From Candidatus Schekmanbacteria bacterium (GTDB lineage Bacteria; CSSED10-310; JACPHN01), in contig JACPHN010000012.1 in NCBI GenBank assembly GCA_016188575.1, forward strand, positions 8,197 to 72,196: a stretch of DNA of 64,000 nt, in the 5' to 3' direction. Below, in pieces: positions 39,122 to 49,431 of this stretch (positions are counted from its first letter, which is position 1; the number at the start of each line of letters is the position of its first letter). A program made the translations under genes and the position numbers. The notes beneath the pieces were generated by a model that was not told where the DNA came from, did no database searches, and saw only the letters and a list, made by a program, of their open reading frames with translations.

Positions 39122-39982
39122 TCAGCGGGCCTGGCGAACCTCCAGCTTGCGAACCACTAACTGGGTCGGATCGACGTCTTCAGAGACTCCTTCAAACTTG
39201 CAGAGCGCGCGCCCATCGATGATGTGCGTATCGGAGCTCTGCCGCAATCCGCCGTCCCCGGGAAAAGCGACGGTCAGACGCAGTCGCGCGCCATCGAGAT
39301 TGCGGTCCGGGGTCTGCAGGGCGACTACGTAGTTATCGCCGATACGGAAAACTTCGGCAATCGTGAAGGCGCTCATGGTTCGACGACGGGCGGGTTGATG
39401 CAGAGCCAGAGCGGGGCCGGCTTCGGGCGGCGCGGGCGGGCCAACCTCCAGGGGCTCGGGCGCCGGTTCCTCGGCGGCTTCGGGTGGCGCCGACGGCTCG
39501 CTGGCCTCGCGTACGCCCGATCTGGTCTTGCGCTCCGCGCGCAGCAGTAATTCGCGCTCCGCCCGCAGCGAAGCCAGCTCCTTGCTGCACCGGGCGCACC
39601 GCAAGAGATGCTCCCCGCCCTCGAGTGAAGACGCGCGGCCGAGCGCTTCTTCGACCAGCGCCCACCAAGGTAGACATTCGGAGGAGCGATCGCGCAGCAG
39701 CCGCTCGTCCTGAATACCGAGCGCGAGCAGCAGCTCGCGCTCGCGCGCCTCGCACTGATCGCGGCAGTGTTGGCACCGCCGCATGTGGTCGGCGAGCAAG
39801 GCCGCTTCGGAGTCAGAAAGCGCATCGAGGCAGTACAGAGTGATCTTCTCATTCACCAGGTCGTGCACCTGGACGAGCTCAAGACCGAGGTCCGCGTTAC
39901 CCGGGTCGAGGGCAAGCAGTCTGAGCAACTCTTCTTTGCGCAGGAGCAGATAATTGATGGGGAAGTTCGCGGGATCGATCAT
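39122..39982 (-). CDS. zf-HC2 (anti-sigma-factor-like) zinc-finger protein
   Basis: H-x3-C-x2-C motif (LADHMRRCQHC) of zf-HC2 anti-sigma factors plus a second CARC pair. Its start overlaps the upstream stop (ATGA 39979-39982). Confidence 0.5.
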   Translation of the reverse strand: MIDPANFPINYLLLRKEELLRLLALDPGNADLGLELVQVHDLVNEKITLYCLDALSDSEAALLADHMRRCQHCRDQCEARERELLLALGIQDERLLRDRSSECLPWWALVEEALGRASSLEGGEHLLRCARCSKELASLRAERELLLRAERKTRSGVREASEPSAPPEAAEEPAPEPLEVGPPAPPEAGPALALHQPARRRTMSAFTIAEVFRIGDNYVVALQTPDRNLDGARLRLTVAFPGDGGLRQSSDTHIIDGRALCKFEGVSEDVDPTQLVVRKLEVRQAR

Positions 39983-41763
39983 CGCTCGGCGCCGGGGTTT
40001 GGACCGCTCTGACTATAGGCCGCGATCAGCTCGGGGACGCGTCGCAGTGCCTCGCTGCCGCCCACGGGCCGGTCATATAGACGCATTACCATGAGCATGG
40101 CACCCATCCACTCCAGGCCCCGATGGACCAGGCGCGCTTCGGGAAGATTCGTCAGGAACTCGTCGCGAGTTGAGAAGCGCTCGATGACAATCCCGGACCA
40201 CCCGAGCCGGACAGAGTCCAGGTGGGCTCCCGACCCGGCGGTGAGGGAGTGTCTCGCCGTGTGTGGTTCGGCCAGGCGCGCAGCGGAGGCGGCAGGTCCG
40301 TCAGCGCCGGCCTTCAGATTCCAGGCCTCCAGCACCACGGCGCCGGGGCCAACCTGTCGTGTCAAGCCTGCCAGCACGGTTCCTGATCTGTCCCCCTTCA
40401 GGAGCCATGAATCCCCGGATGGACCATCCGGGATCAGAACGATGCCGTTCTGACAGCTCACCTCGTAGGCAAACTGGTCGGCGGGGATGCCGTCGACGAC
40501 ATCGGAAACGAAGAGACCGGCCAGGCGCGGAAACGACGCATGCTCCTCGCCCCGCGGGACGGTGACGCGGACGCCGTGGATCAGGCTCAAGCCGTCGGTC
40601 GCGGCTACCGCCTCGGCGTCGGTGACGAGTTGGCCGAAGCCGCTTCGTTGAAAGAGGCCATGGGGGCGCTCGTAGGGGACGAGAATGGCGGCGCCGTCGA
40701 GGCCGCGGCGAGCGAGCCGAACGCGCCATTGCGGCAATCTTCCGATGCGCTCACGGCAAAACGGCAGCACGTGCATGTCGAGATACCGTCGTTCCGCGAG
40801 CTCCTCGCGAATGACCTGCCGGGCGTCTGCAATCTGCCTGAGGTTGAGGCGAAAAGGTTCGTCCTCGGATCCACCGGTCAGACCGACTTCCTCACAAAGC
40901 AGGGTGCGGCGAAGAAAGGAGACGAGCAAAGGGGAAAGATCGGTGGTTTGCAGACAATGAAGGAATTTCTCCTTGAGGATCCCGAGGCCGATCTCGCGAA
41001 CCGATTCGCGGTAAAGCTGTCTGAAGTAGGCGGTGCCGGCGTCGCGGAGATCGCCCGCCGGGCGTTTTCGATGGACCACATAGTCCCAGAGATCGCGCCG
41101 GGCGTCGCGGTCGAGACCGACGAGTGCGCGGAGGGGGAGTGGCGTCGCCGTGTCATAGTGTTCAGGAACGGCTGCGGCCCGCACCCACCAGGGGCGGGCG
41201 AGCCCGAGCAACAAGATATCGAGTAGCGAATGCCGCTGCTCTCGATCCAAACCGCGAAAGAACGGATGGTCGGGCACTTTGAAGCGCGCCTCGAAGAGGC
41301 TGGTGCCGATCCGCGGGGAGAAGGTTTCCTGCCACCGCACGGCGTGGCACTCGCGGGCAAACAGGCGGATCATCTCATCGGCCGGATCGAGTCGATCCGC
41401 GGAGAGGAAAAGGCGCAGGCGCCAATCCGACACGATTTGGCGGCGTTCAAATGGCGACAGATCGATGGAGGGGTCAACACGCCGGCGCGACGCCGCCAGC
41501 GTCCGCACCCATACGCCAACCTGTGGGCTCAAGATATGGTGCAAGTAGTCGACAGGCACAGCTCGCAAACGATGCGATGACCCCCGCCCCGCGGCCGGGT
41601 CACCTGGGTGGATGACTGCTTGTTCTTGCCAGGCCAAGCGGCAGAAACTCGCCGGCAGGGCCGCCGTCAACCGCTCGGTGAGCAGCCCGCCGAGGCCCAT
41701 CGCGTAGCTCGTCACCACGCCGCGCTGAGATTGGCACAAGCCGATGATAAGTCCAGCCCACAC
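39979..41763 (-). CDS. large hypothetical protein (594 aa), no recognised domain
   Basis: Long GC3-rich ORF. GTG start at 41763 (the ATG alternative is ~60 nt downstream). Translationally coupled to the zf-HC2 gene. Confidence 0.45.
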   Translation of the reverse strand: MWAGLIIGLCQSQRGVVTSYAMGLGGLLTERLTAALPASFCRLAWQEQAVIHPGDPAAGRGSSHRLRAVPVDYLHHILSPQVGVWVRTLAASRRRVDPSIDLSPFERRQIVSDWRLRLFLSADRLDPADEMIRLFARECHAVRWQETFSPRIGTSLFEARFKVPDHPFFRGLDREQRHSLLDILLLGLARPWWVRAAAVPEHYDTATPLPLRALVGLDRDARRDLWDYVVHRKRPAGDLRDAGTAYFRQLYRESVREIGLGILKEKFLHCLQTTDLSPLLVSFLRRTLLCEEVGLTGGSEDEPFRLNLRQIADARQVIREELAERRYLDMHVLPFCRERIGRLPQWRVRLARRGLDGAAILVPYERPHGLFQRSGFGQLVTDAEAVAATDGLSLIHGVRVTVPRGEEHASFPRLAGLFVSDVVDGIPADQFAYEVSCQNGIVLIPDGPSGDSWLLKGDRSGTVLAGLTRQVGPGAVVLEAWNLKAGADGPAASAARLAEPHTARHSLTAGSGAHLDSVRLGWSGIVIERFSTRDEFLTNLPEARLVHRGLEWMGAMLMVMRLYDRPVGGSEALRRVPELIAAYSQSGPNPGAER

Positions 41764-41790
41764 CTGGAGTCAACCGCGCCCCCAGGGCCT

Positions 41791-41955
41791 GAATCCGCCG
41801 CCGGTTCGCCTGCAAGGCACGCGGAAAGTCCATCACGAAGACTCCCCATCTCACCTCCTACCGCAAGCGCGGGGAGGGACGGGGGGGCGCTGCCGCGTCG
41901 ACTTCGAGCAGGCGGTGGATTCAGGAGGGCACGCCGGCCGGCAGGGCTTGACGTC
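41791..41955 (+). repeat. copy B of the ~140-bp dispersed repeat, ending in TTGACG-17nt-AACAAT upstream of the 42102 gene
   Basis: Same conserved blocks as copies A and C. Lies in a divergent intergenic region. Confidence 0.7.
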
Positions 41956-42101
41956 TGATGATTCGGCAGCAACAATTTCGCGGGCCGTTCCGGATGCCAA
42001 CAATCGCTCATGGCCGCCCTGTGCCGTGGCGGGATGAAGGCCTCCGGTCATGACCACATCTGGTATCAGCACCCGCCCGTCGGGCAAAGTGGACCTGGCA
42101 A

Positions 42102-44753
42102 ATGCGCCGTGCCCTGGTAGTGAGCCTCGGGATTGCCGCAGCGGCGGCCGCCCTGCTTTCGCTCCCGCGTCCGAAAGACGCTCTGGACGTCGGGGTATCG
42201 ATGCAGTGGCGGCAGCCGACCTGCGCCACGGGTGGGGATCGCGCCGCGGAGCTCGAGCAGGGCCGGGTGAGCGTGATCATGCTGCCACCGGCGCTGGCGC
42301 CCCCGCTGTCGAGCGCCCTGACGACGCCGGCCTGCGCCGGCAACGTCAACGGTCAGGCGATGTGGCAGACCTATTTGTGGAGCCCGTACCCCGGTCGCTA
42401 TCGACTTGTCCTGTCGACGAAGCGGCATGCTCGACTCTATGTCGGCAAGCGGGAGGTCCTCGATGTCGTGGGTGAAAAGCCGCACGTCCACACGGAGGCA
42501 GCGGCGACCGAGATCGAGCTTGCCCGACAACCGCTGCTGCTTGTAGTCACGGCGACGGGACTGAGCGCTGAGGACTTCCGCCCCACCGGCGCGAGCTACG
42601 GCCAGGAGGAGTCAGCGCTCACACTGTCGCTGACGATTTCCGGGACGCCTGAGCAGAGCGGCGCGCCAATTTTTCAGCTCGCCGCGGAGCCCAAGCCCTG
42701 GCAAACGCGCATTGCGCGGCTCCTCATCGCCTTGCCGCCGGCAACCTGTGCGCTGCTCTTCGCGGGCTTCGCCGCAGCCGGCGTCACCATCGCCACGGCG
42801 GAGCGCTGGCGGCGCGCGCGGCTCGGGTTCGACGCCGCCGACCGCACGCGGCTCGGATTGCTCGGAGCCTGCACCGCCTTCGTTGTGGCCGGCGCTCTGC
42901 TGATCCATGGCACGGTGGAACAGCGCGGAGCACACGCCACGTATTATCGCGGAGCGGCCGCGGGTTCTCCCACTTTCCTGCGTCAACGGGAAGCCGCCAT
43001 CGACTTGAGAACACCTTGGGTTCATCCGAATTTCCCGACCCAGGATTTTTCGGCGGACTGGGAAGGCTATTTCACCGCCGTGGCCGCGGGACCGTACCAA
43101 TTCGCGGCGCGCTACGGCGGCTTTGTGAGCGTTGAGGTCGATGGTCACTCCGTGATCAAGGCAGCCAGCACCACGCCGAAGGTGATCGCGGGCGTGGTCT
43201 CCTTGCCACAGGGAGAGCGGTCGATTCGCGTCAGATACGTGCACGGGCGCGGCGTCGCCGCACTCGAGCTCTTCGTCCTGACACCGGGCGGGCAGGGCTG
43301 GGAACTACTCGGTAGCGGAGACCTCAGGCCATACAGTATCGGCGCGTCCGCGCAGGCTGTGGAGCTGCTCGTGCTCGGGCTGGCACCCGCGGTGGCGCTG
43401 GCCTTCGCGTTGCGCCTCCTGCGCCTCGCGGTGGCCGCTCTCGCGCGGGCCAGAGCCGCGCCGGAGAAGCTCAGGCGAAGCCTGTCAACCTATGCGCGCT
43501 ACGCGGTGTACACGGCGCTGGCGTGGGCGATCGTTTTCGGATTCCTCGAGACGGCGTGTCGACTGCTCGGGCTCCCGGTGCGGCGCGGCGCGGCCCCGGT
43601 CACCGCCACTGTCGAGCAGTGGGTGCGATCACATGACGAGGCCGTGCCGAAAGTCGATGGCGCGTATCAGATTTTTTGCTTCGGGAGCAGCTCGATGGCC
43701 GGCAATCCCCACCCGCAGAGCTCGGCTCCGCGGTGGCTCGAGGCGATCCTGAAAGATCGCGTGCCTGGAAGAACGGCGCGCGTGGTCAACTTCGGCCGCC
43801 CGGGCGCGCCCAGCCACTTCGTCCGCGAGGCAGTCCCGACAGCCATGAGTCTGGACCCGGATCTCCTGATTGTGTATTCAGGCCATAACGAGTTTCACGA
43901 GCGCAACCGCTATCTGGCGAGCCAGACGCGGCGGCAACTCGGCGTCCTGCATCGCAGTCGACTCTACCTGACGTTTGTCGACATCCTGGCAACCTGCTGT
44001 GGTGACGTGCTTTGGTCAGGGCAGACCGAGGTCGCGCGCAAGCTCGGCCGTGACGAAGAGGATCGCTTCATGACGTTCTACGAGCAAAACATCCGCGCCG
44101 CGCTGGAAAGCGCGCGCACCCATGGCAAGCGAGTGCTCCTCGGAACACTCACTTCCAACCTGGAGTATCCGCCACTCGGGTCAATCCAGTCGGGCGCGCT
44201 CGGGCCGGAGCAGCGCCGGGTGTGGCTTGAGGCCACGGCGGAGGCGCGGGTGGCGACCGCCGAGGGACGCCTCGCTGAGGCCGTCGCGAAGTTGCGGGAA
44301 GCTCAGCGGGCCAACCCCGAGCACGCGCGCACCGTGTATGACCTGGCGGCCGCTCTCGCTGCCGGCGGCGAAACCGCGGAGGCGAAGCACTATTACGAGC
44401 TGGCGCGCGACAACGACCGCACGCCGCTCCGCGCGCCGACGCGCATCAACCAGATTGTGCGGCGCCTGGCAGCGGAGTTTCCAAACGTCATCCTGGTCGA
44501 CATCGAGAAGCTGTTCGTCGAACACGCCCCAAATGGCATCCCCGGGTGGACGCTGTTCGAGGACTATTGCCACCCAAAGAAAGAGAGCTACCGGCTCATG
44601 GCCAGAGCATTTGCGGAGGCGATGCGAACGGCCGGCCTCATGGCGGCGGCGGAGTCGTGGACCGAGAGCGAGGGGGAAGCGGCCCGTGAGCTCGCGGTGG
44701 CCGTGGGCATCGACGGGCCAGCGGCGGCGAGACTGCGAGATCCTGTGAACTAG
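42102..44753 (+). CDS. multi-TM protein with PA14-like domain and C-terminal SGNH/GDSL-type hydrolase + TPR-like region
   Basis: Signal/TM N-terminus. PA14-like block (DWEGYFTAVAAGPYQFAARYGGFVSVEVDGHSVI). Four TM helices. SGNH blocks (FCFGSSSMAG; YSGHNEF; DYCHP). Confidence 0.6.
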   Translation: MRRALVVSLGIAAAAAALLSLPRPKDALDVGVSMQWRQPTCATGGDRAAELEQGRVSVIMLPPALAPPLSSALTTPACAGNVNGQAMWQTYLWSPYPGRYRLVLSTKRHARLYVGKREVLDVVGEKPHVHTEAAATEIELARQPLLLVVTATGLSAEDFRPTGASYGQEESALTLSLTISGTPEQSGAPIFQLAAEPKPWQTRIARLLIALPPATCALLFAGFAAAGVTIATAERWRRARLGFDAADRTRLGLLGACTAFVVAGALLIHGTVEQRGAHATYYRGAAAGSPTFLRQREAAIDLRTPWVHPNFPTQDFSADWEGYFTAVAAGPYQFAARYGGFVSVEVDGHSVIKAASTTPKVIAGVVSLPQGERSIRVRYVHGRGVAALELFVLTPGGQGWELLGSGDLRPYSIGASAQAVELLVLGLAPAVALAFALRLLRLAVAALARARAAPEKLRRSLSTYARYAVYTALAWAIVFGFLETACRLLGLPVRRGAAPVTATVEQWVRSHDEAVPKVDGAYQIFCFGSSSMAGNPHPQSSAPRWLEAILKDRVPGRTARVVNFGRPGAPSHFVREAVPTAMSLDPDLLIVYSGHNEFHERNRYLASQTRRQLGVLHRSRLYLTFVDILATCCGDVLWSGQTEVARKLGRDEEDRFMTFYEQNIRAALESARTHGKRVLLGTLTSNLEYPPLGSIQSGALGPEQRRVWLEATAEARVATAEGRLAEAVAKLREAQRANPEHARTVYDLAAALAAGGETAEAKHYYELARDNDRTPLRAPTRINQIVRRLAAEFPNVILVDIEKLFVEHAPNGIPGWTLFEDYCHPKKESYRLMARAFAEAMRTAGLMAAAESWTESEGEAARELAVAVGIDGPAAARLRDPVN

Positions 44754-44828
44754 AGCCGTCACCAACCACGGGCGCCGCTGCGGCCAGCGCGCCGGCTGGA
44801 GTCGCCGAGCACACCCAGGAGCAGCGTC

Positions 44829-45458
44829 TCAGCTCTGCGCGCTCTCGCGATCCAGCTTGTCGAGCATGCCGTCGAGGACCCAGTGCAGGTGGCTCCTGCG
44901 GGCGGCGAGCTCGGCCTCCGCCAGCGGGTCCGTGCCCCACATCGCCGAAAGGACAGGCGCGTACGTAAAGTAGTTGATGACCATGCCCGAGAACGTCACG
45001 AAAAACTGGCGGGCCGACGTTTCGGGGCGCTGCACGGCAAGGTCCTCGAGCGGCACGCGAATAGACTCGAACAACATGGCGAGATTGCGCTGGATCGATT
45101 CCAGGTGTGGCCCATTGCTCGATACCTGTTGCTGAATCAGACGCGGGTATCGCCAATTGGTGGCCATGAAACGGAAGTAGGCATCGAGCATGTCGTGAAG
45201 GCGCTGGCGCACGGACATCGGACGCCGCGCCACCGCGGCGAGAACGGCCGCGTGAGCAGCGTAGTACCGCTCGATGACCTGTTCGAAAAGCTCCGCCTTG
45301 CTGCTGTAGTAGTAGAAGACCAGCGCCTTGTTGACTTGCGCCTTGCGGGCAACATCGCTGATGCTGACGGCATCGTAACCAAGCTCGCCGAACAGCTCGT
45401 CGGCGGCGTTCAGGATTCGTGACGCCGAATCCTTGGGCCGGGACATCTTTTTTTCCAT
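44829..45458 (-). CDS. TetR/AcrR-family transcriptional regulator
   Basis: N-terminal TetR HTH (ILNAADELFGELGYDAVSISDVARKAQVNKALVFYYYSSK). Confidence 0.8.
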   Translation of the reverse strand: MEKKMSRPKDSASRILNAADELFGELGYDAVSISDVARKAQVNKALVFYYYSSKAELFEQVIERYYAAHAAVLAAVARRPMSVRQRLHDMLDAYFRFMATNWRYPRLIQQQVSSNGPHLESIQRNLAMLFESIRVPLEDLAVQRPETSARQFFVTFSGMVINYFTYAPVLSAMWGTDPLAEAELAARRSHLHWVLDGMLDKLDRESAQS

Positions 45459-45556
45459 GAGACCTCCGCGGAGCCTGCCGGCCGATTCCGAACGACGGCT
45501 TTGCCCGCAAGGTAGCTCAGGCCCGGGAAAATCACAAGTCTATCGGCGGCGTGCCT

Positions 45557-47488
45557 CTAGTTTCCCGCGAAAACGTGCAGCAGGTCGATTGGCGGAAGCG
45601 TGTCGGCGCTCCCCACGGCCGGCGGCACATAGGTTCCCAGCGCCCTGTCCGCCCAGGCCATGAGCAAGAGCGACGGGTCGTCGAGCGGCGCGGCAAACTG
45701 AAAATCGGCGACCGCGGCACGGCCATCGCTGGTCACTTCCCGAACGGTTATCACGAGATCCGAGAGCGTGATCGTCTCCTGCGGGTGAAACGGGAAACCA
45801 AGGCCGCGCACCATGCGCTCGCCCTCGGTGCTGTAGAACCCGTCTCTCGGCCGCACGCGCAGGGTGCGCTCGTCGAGTCGCTGCACTTCCACGGGTGCCA
45901 GGCCGGTCGCCAGCAGCCGGAGCTTTCGGAATGTCGGCTTGCCCGCGGCCTGACGCTGACTTTGGAGGTAGGCGACAAATCCGTCCGCGGGGGCATTGAC
46001 GACGACCAGAGTCCGGTCGCGGATGTCCTCTCCGGCAAATACCGCGGCGTCAATGCGCCCGAAGGCGTCCGCGAGCGCGTTCACCGACACGGCGCGAAAC
46101 GGCAGCAGCGTGGGAGCGAGCGCCAGGTGAGCCGCGATCAGGCAGGGCACCGCGACCCGCACGGCGGCGCGGCGACAGGCACCGGAGGTGAGCCCGGGCG
46201 CCGTCGTAGCGGCAAGGAACGTGGCAATCAACCCCATGCCGCCGATGCCCGTAAAGACGAGCAGCCGATCGGAGGTGAACGTGGCACACACGGGAACCGC
46301 GGCCAACAGCGCGCCGAGCGCCCAGAACCGCGCCGCGGCCTGCGCGCGAAGGACCGGCCAGGCCAGCCACAGGACGCTGCCGATCGCCGCCAGCGCCAGG
46401 CCGTATACCGCGACCCGCAGTTGCGCGGGGTAAAGGAGCCACAGGTCCGACCAGGGCCCGCCAAGCTGCGCGAGGAGAAGCACGGGAAGCCGCTCGAGCA
46501 GCGCGCCCACGAACCGGATCGGCTCCTGCAGGGGGTGCACGTATATCCCGCCGCCCCTGGTCCCATACCCAAGCGCGGCGTACAGCCCACTCCACGCGAC
46601 GGTAATGACCGCGAACGGGGTCAAGCGCAACAGGCGGAAACGCAGGGCACCGGAGTCCAGGAACAGGGCGTAGGAAAACAGGTAGGCGGTAATCGCCAGC
46701 GCTGATTCGCCGGCCAGCAAGGCGAGCCCGAAAAGGAGGGGGCCGAGCCAACAGCCCTTTTGCCAGCCGCTGCGCCGCCAGGCGTCGTGCGCCACGAGCG
46801 CCGCCACGGCCAGAGTCGCCGCGATCAGAGCGTTGCGGTTTGCCACGAAGCTCAGGACCATCCCGCGAGCATCGTCTACGGCGTACAGAAGCAGGGCGAG
46901 ACCGGCAATCCAGGGCTCGTGGATCCGCCGATACAGGAGGTGAACGACAAGCAGCAATGCTCCAAACCAGAGCAAGGAGTGGGCGTGCATCCACACCGAG
47001 GAGGTGGGAAAAAGCCAGTGATCAAGCACGTGAGTGCATGCGGACAGCGGTCGCCAAAAAGAAAGTTGAAAGCCGTCACTCGTCCACCAGGCGAAGCCGC
47101 CTGACTCCATCATGGCCGCGCGTTGCGCGGGCTCGCCTGAGGCGAAGACAAACAAGTCGAGCGGAGCGTACGGGAAACCGGGGGAAGGATTGTCCGGCGA
47201 GAGGCGAAGCTGATGGATATAGTCATCGGCGAGTCGCTTTGCCGCCAGACAGGGTGCGGCGAGCGTCACCGCCGCCAGAATGATGACTAGCGGAGCGCGG
47301 CGGTGTTGCAGACGGGCCCGCACCCGCTCTAACCAGCTCGTGCGAGCCCGCGACCCGGGGAGCGCGGAGGTTTCGCCGCCCCCACCGGAGCCCGCGGCAC
47401 TGGCGGCAAAAGCGCTCAGGTCGCGGTCATTGGCCGTAGTCTCGAATACTCGCGGGGACGGTCTCTCGTTTGGCATACGTTTGCCCAT
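45557..47488 (-). CDS. polytopic membrane protein, ArnT/PMT-like (GT-C fold) glycosyltransferase candidate
   Basis: More than 10 predicted TM helices with a large C-terminal soluble domain. The GT-C assignment rests on architecture only. Confidence 0.5.
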   Translation of the reverse strand: MGKRMPNERPSPRVFETTANDRDLSAFAASAAGSGGGGETSALPGSRARTSWLERVRARLQHRRAPLVIILAAVTLAAPCLAAKRLADDYIHQLRLSPDNPSPGFPYAPLDLFVFASGEPAQRAAMMESGGFAWWTSDGFQLSFWRPLSACTHVLDHWLFPTSSVWMHAHSLLWFGALLLVVHLLYRRIHEPWIAGLALLLYAVDDARGMVLSFVANRNALIAATLAVAALVAHDAWRRSGWQKGCWLGPLLFGLALLAGESALAITAYLFSYALFLDSGALRFRLLRLTPFAVITVAWSGLYAALGYGTRGGGIYVHPLQEPIRFVGALLERLPVLLLAQLGGPWSDLWLLYPAQLRVAVYGLALAAIGSVLWLAWPVLRAQAAARFWALGALLAAVPVCATFTSDRLLVFTGIGGMGLIATFLAATTAPGLTSGACRRAAVRVAVPCLIAAHLALAPTLLPFRAVSVNALADAFGRIDAAVFAGEDIRDRTLVVVNAPADGFVAYLQSQRQAAGKPTFRKLRLLATGLAPVEVQRLDERTLRVRPRDGFYSTEGERMVRGLGFPFHPQETITLSDLVITVREVTSDGRAAVADFQFAAPLDDPSLLLMAWADRALGTYVPPAVGSADTLPPIDLLHVFAGN

Positions 47489-47610
47489 CGATAGCAGGAG
47501 CTCACGCCGCCACCGGTCGGTCGCCGCGGCAAGAGCGATACTTGCCCCGGGAACGCCGCGCTGTCAAGCGCGCCGGCGCGTCGAGATCGGGCACGTGCGG
47601 ACCTACGGCC

Positions 47611-49428
47611 TCATGCTCCGAAAAACTCGCTCCCCACTCCGCGCCGCATGCAACGCGCGTACGCCGCGGGCCAAACCCTGTTGAGCCAATACGAGGCTTT
47701 CCCCATGCGGGAGAGGACGAGCCGGTCCCGGCGCCGCGCCGCCTGCTGTACGATCGCGACCGCGACGTCTTGCGGCCGCGCCATCGCGCCGATGATCACC
47801 CGGGGCCGAGCTACCGGATTGCCGTCGCCGCCGAGAGCCGCGGTGTCGATCGGCGTATCCGTAAAGCCCGGACAGACGAGATGCACGCCGATGCCGGATC
47901 CGCAGAGCTCCGCCCGCAGGCTGTCAAAGAAACCGTGAAGCGCGTGCTTGCTGGCCGCATAGCCGGCGCGGCCTACCAGCGGGGCGAAGCCCGCGATGCT
48001 GGAAATCACTACAATCCGACCGCGCGCCTGGCGAAGAAACGGCAAGGCCGCCTGCGTGCAGTACACAGCGCCGAAGAAGTTTACCTCCATGACCTTGCGG
48101 ATCACCTCCGCCCGCGTCTGCTCAACGAGGCTGCGGTGCGAAATGCCGGCGTTGTTGACGAGCACGTCGACGCCGCCGAAGTCCGTCGCGATCTCCGCGA
48201 ACGTCCGCCGAACGCGCTCGGCATCGGTAACATCACAAGTGTACGGCCGGGCGCGCACCTGTCGCGCCGCCAGGTCCATGGCCAGGGCCTCGACCCCGGG
48301 TCCGTCGCGGTCGATTATCGCGATCTGGCCGCCGGCCTCGGCGAACTCCTGGGCCAGGGCGCGGCCGAGCCCCCCGGCAGCGCCGGTAATCACCACGGTG
48401 CGGCCGGAAAAGGCGCCCCGCCCGCGGCGGTACACGCCAAACGCCGCGCGCGAGGTGCAGCGCGGGGTGAAGCCGAGCTCGCGCTTGAGCCGATCATTGG
48501 ACATCACCGGTCGGTACTGCAGGAATTTGAGCTGTTCGGGGCCAACCTGGCTCAGTCGGAGTCGCCTGAGCACCGCGAGGACGCGCGCCAGCAGACGCGG
48601 CGGCACGGACAGATACGGCTTCCCCATACACCTGGCGATCTCTCTAAGCGTCATCACCCCGTCACCGACAAGATTGTAGATTCCGGTCCGCGCCGAGAAG
48701 ACTCCCAGCAACACCGCGGCGACGACGTCCTCATCCCAGGTGAAGGTGAAGGGTGCGGCACTGCCCTTGACGCCGAGAACGAACGGCCTCTCGAACAGCC
48801 TGGTGATCAGGTTAGCGGTCGTGCTGCCGAGTATCGTGCCAGCGCGCAGCACCAGTTGGGCAAGCTCAGGGTGGTCGGCGCGGTAGCGCGCAAGCGCTTC
48901 TTCGACCAGTCGCTTGCTCCGCGCATAGGGGAAATCATCGTTGCCCCGCAACGGATCCCGCTCGTCCAGGCAAGGGGAGCTATCGGGATGATAACCGTAG
49001 GCCGCGCCACTGCTCAGGACGATCACCTTGCGAACCTTCGCTGCGACGCTGGCGGCGAGCAGATTTTGCATGCCCGCCACGTCCGCGTCGAGCTGGCCGC
49101 CTTGAGTGCCTTGCGGAGCGGGATTGAGGGTCGCCGCCAGATGAACCACAGTGTCGATCCGGTGTTCGCGCAAGACCGCGACAAGCTTCTCGCTTTGGAC
49201 GTCCAGGAGCGCGTGCACGACCCCTGGCAGGCGCGAGGTCACCGGCAGCTCACGGATATCCGCGGCCACGATCGTCGCGACCGACCGGCGCTCGCGAGCA
49301 AGAGCCGCGGTAAGCAGACGCCCCACGTAGCCCGCAGCACCGGTAATGAGGACAGCACGGGCACTCTCGGGTGACGACTCGGTGCTTTGCTCTGTTTCGG
49401 GTGGCATTTGTCGACTCTCCGTGCCCAC
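47611..49428 (-). CDS. bifunctional fusion: NAD-dependent epimerase/dehydratase domain + short-chain dehydrogenase/reductase (SDR) domain
   Basis: Two Rossmann motifs (VLITGAAGYVGRLL and VVITGAAGGLGRALA) and the SDR catalytic YAASK. 3-nt gap to the upstream TPP enzyme gene. Confidence 0.75.
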   Translation of the reverse strand: MGTESRQMPPETEQSTESSPESARAVLITGAAGYVGRLLTAALARERRSVATIVAADIRELPVTSRLPGVVHALLDVQSEKLVAVLREHRIDTVVHLAATLNPAPQGTQGGQLDADVAGMQNLLAASVAAKVRKVIVLSSGAAYGYHPDSSPCLDERDPLRGNDDFPYARSKRLVEEALARYRADHPELAQLVLRAGTILGSTTANLITRLFERPFVLGVKGSAAPFTFTWDEDVVAAVLLGVFSARTGIYNLVGDGVMTLREIARCMGKPYLSVPPRLLARVLAVLRRLRLSQVGPEQLKFLQYRPVMSNDRLKRELGFTPRCTSRAAFGVYRRGRGAFSGRTVVITGAAGGLGRALAQEFAEAGGQIAIIDRDGPGVEALAMDLAARQVRARPYTCDVTDAERVRRTFAEIATDFGGVDVLVNNAGISHRSLVEQTRAEVIRKVMEVNFFGAVYCTQAALPFLRQARGRIVVISSIAGFAPLVGRAGYAASKHALHGFFDSLRAELCGSGIGVHLVCPGFTDTPIDTAALGGDGNPVARPRVIIGAMARPQDVAVAIVQQAARRRDRLVLSRMGKASYWLNRVWPAAYARCMRRGVGSEFFGA

Positions 49429-49431
49429 GGG

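Noticed and set aside
41821-41840. GGAAAGTCC string reminiscent of the RNase P RNA 5' conserved motif
   Set aside because: It is part of the dispersed repeat (copies A, B and C all have the GCGGAAAG block), and no further RNase P conserved regions follow.
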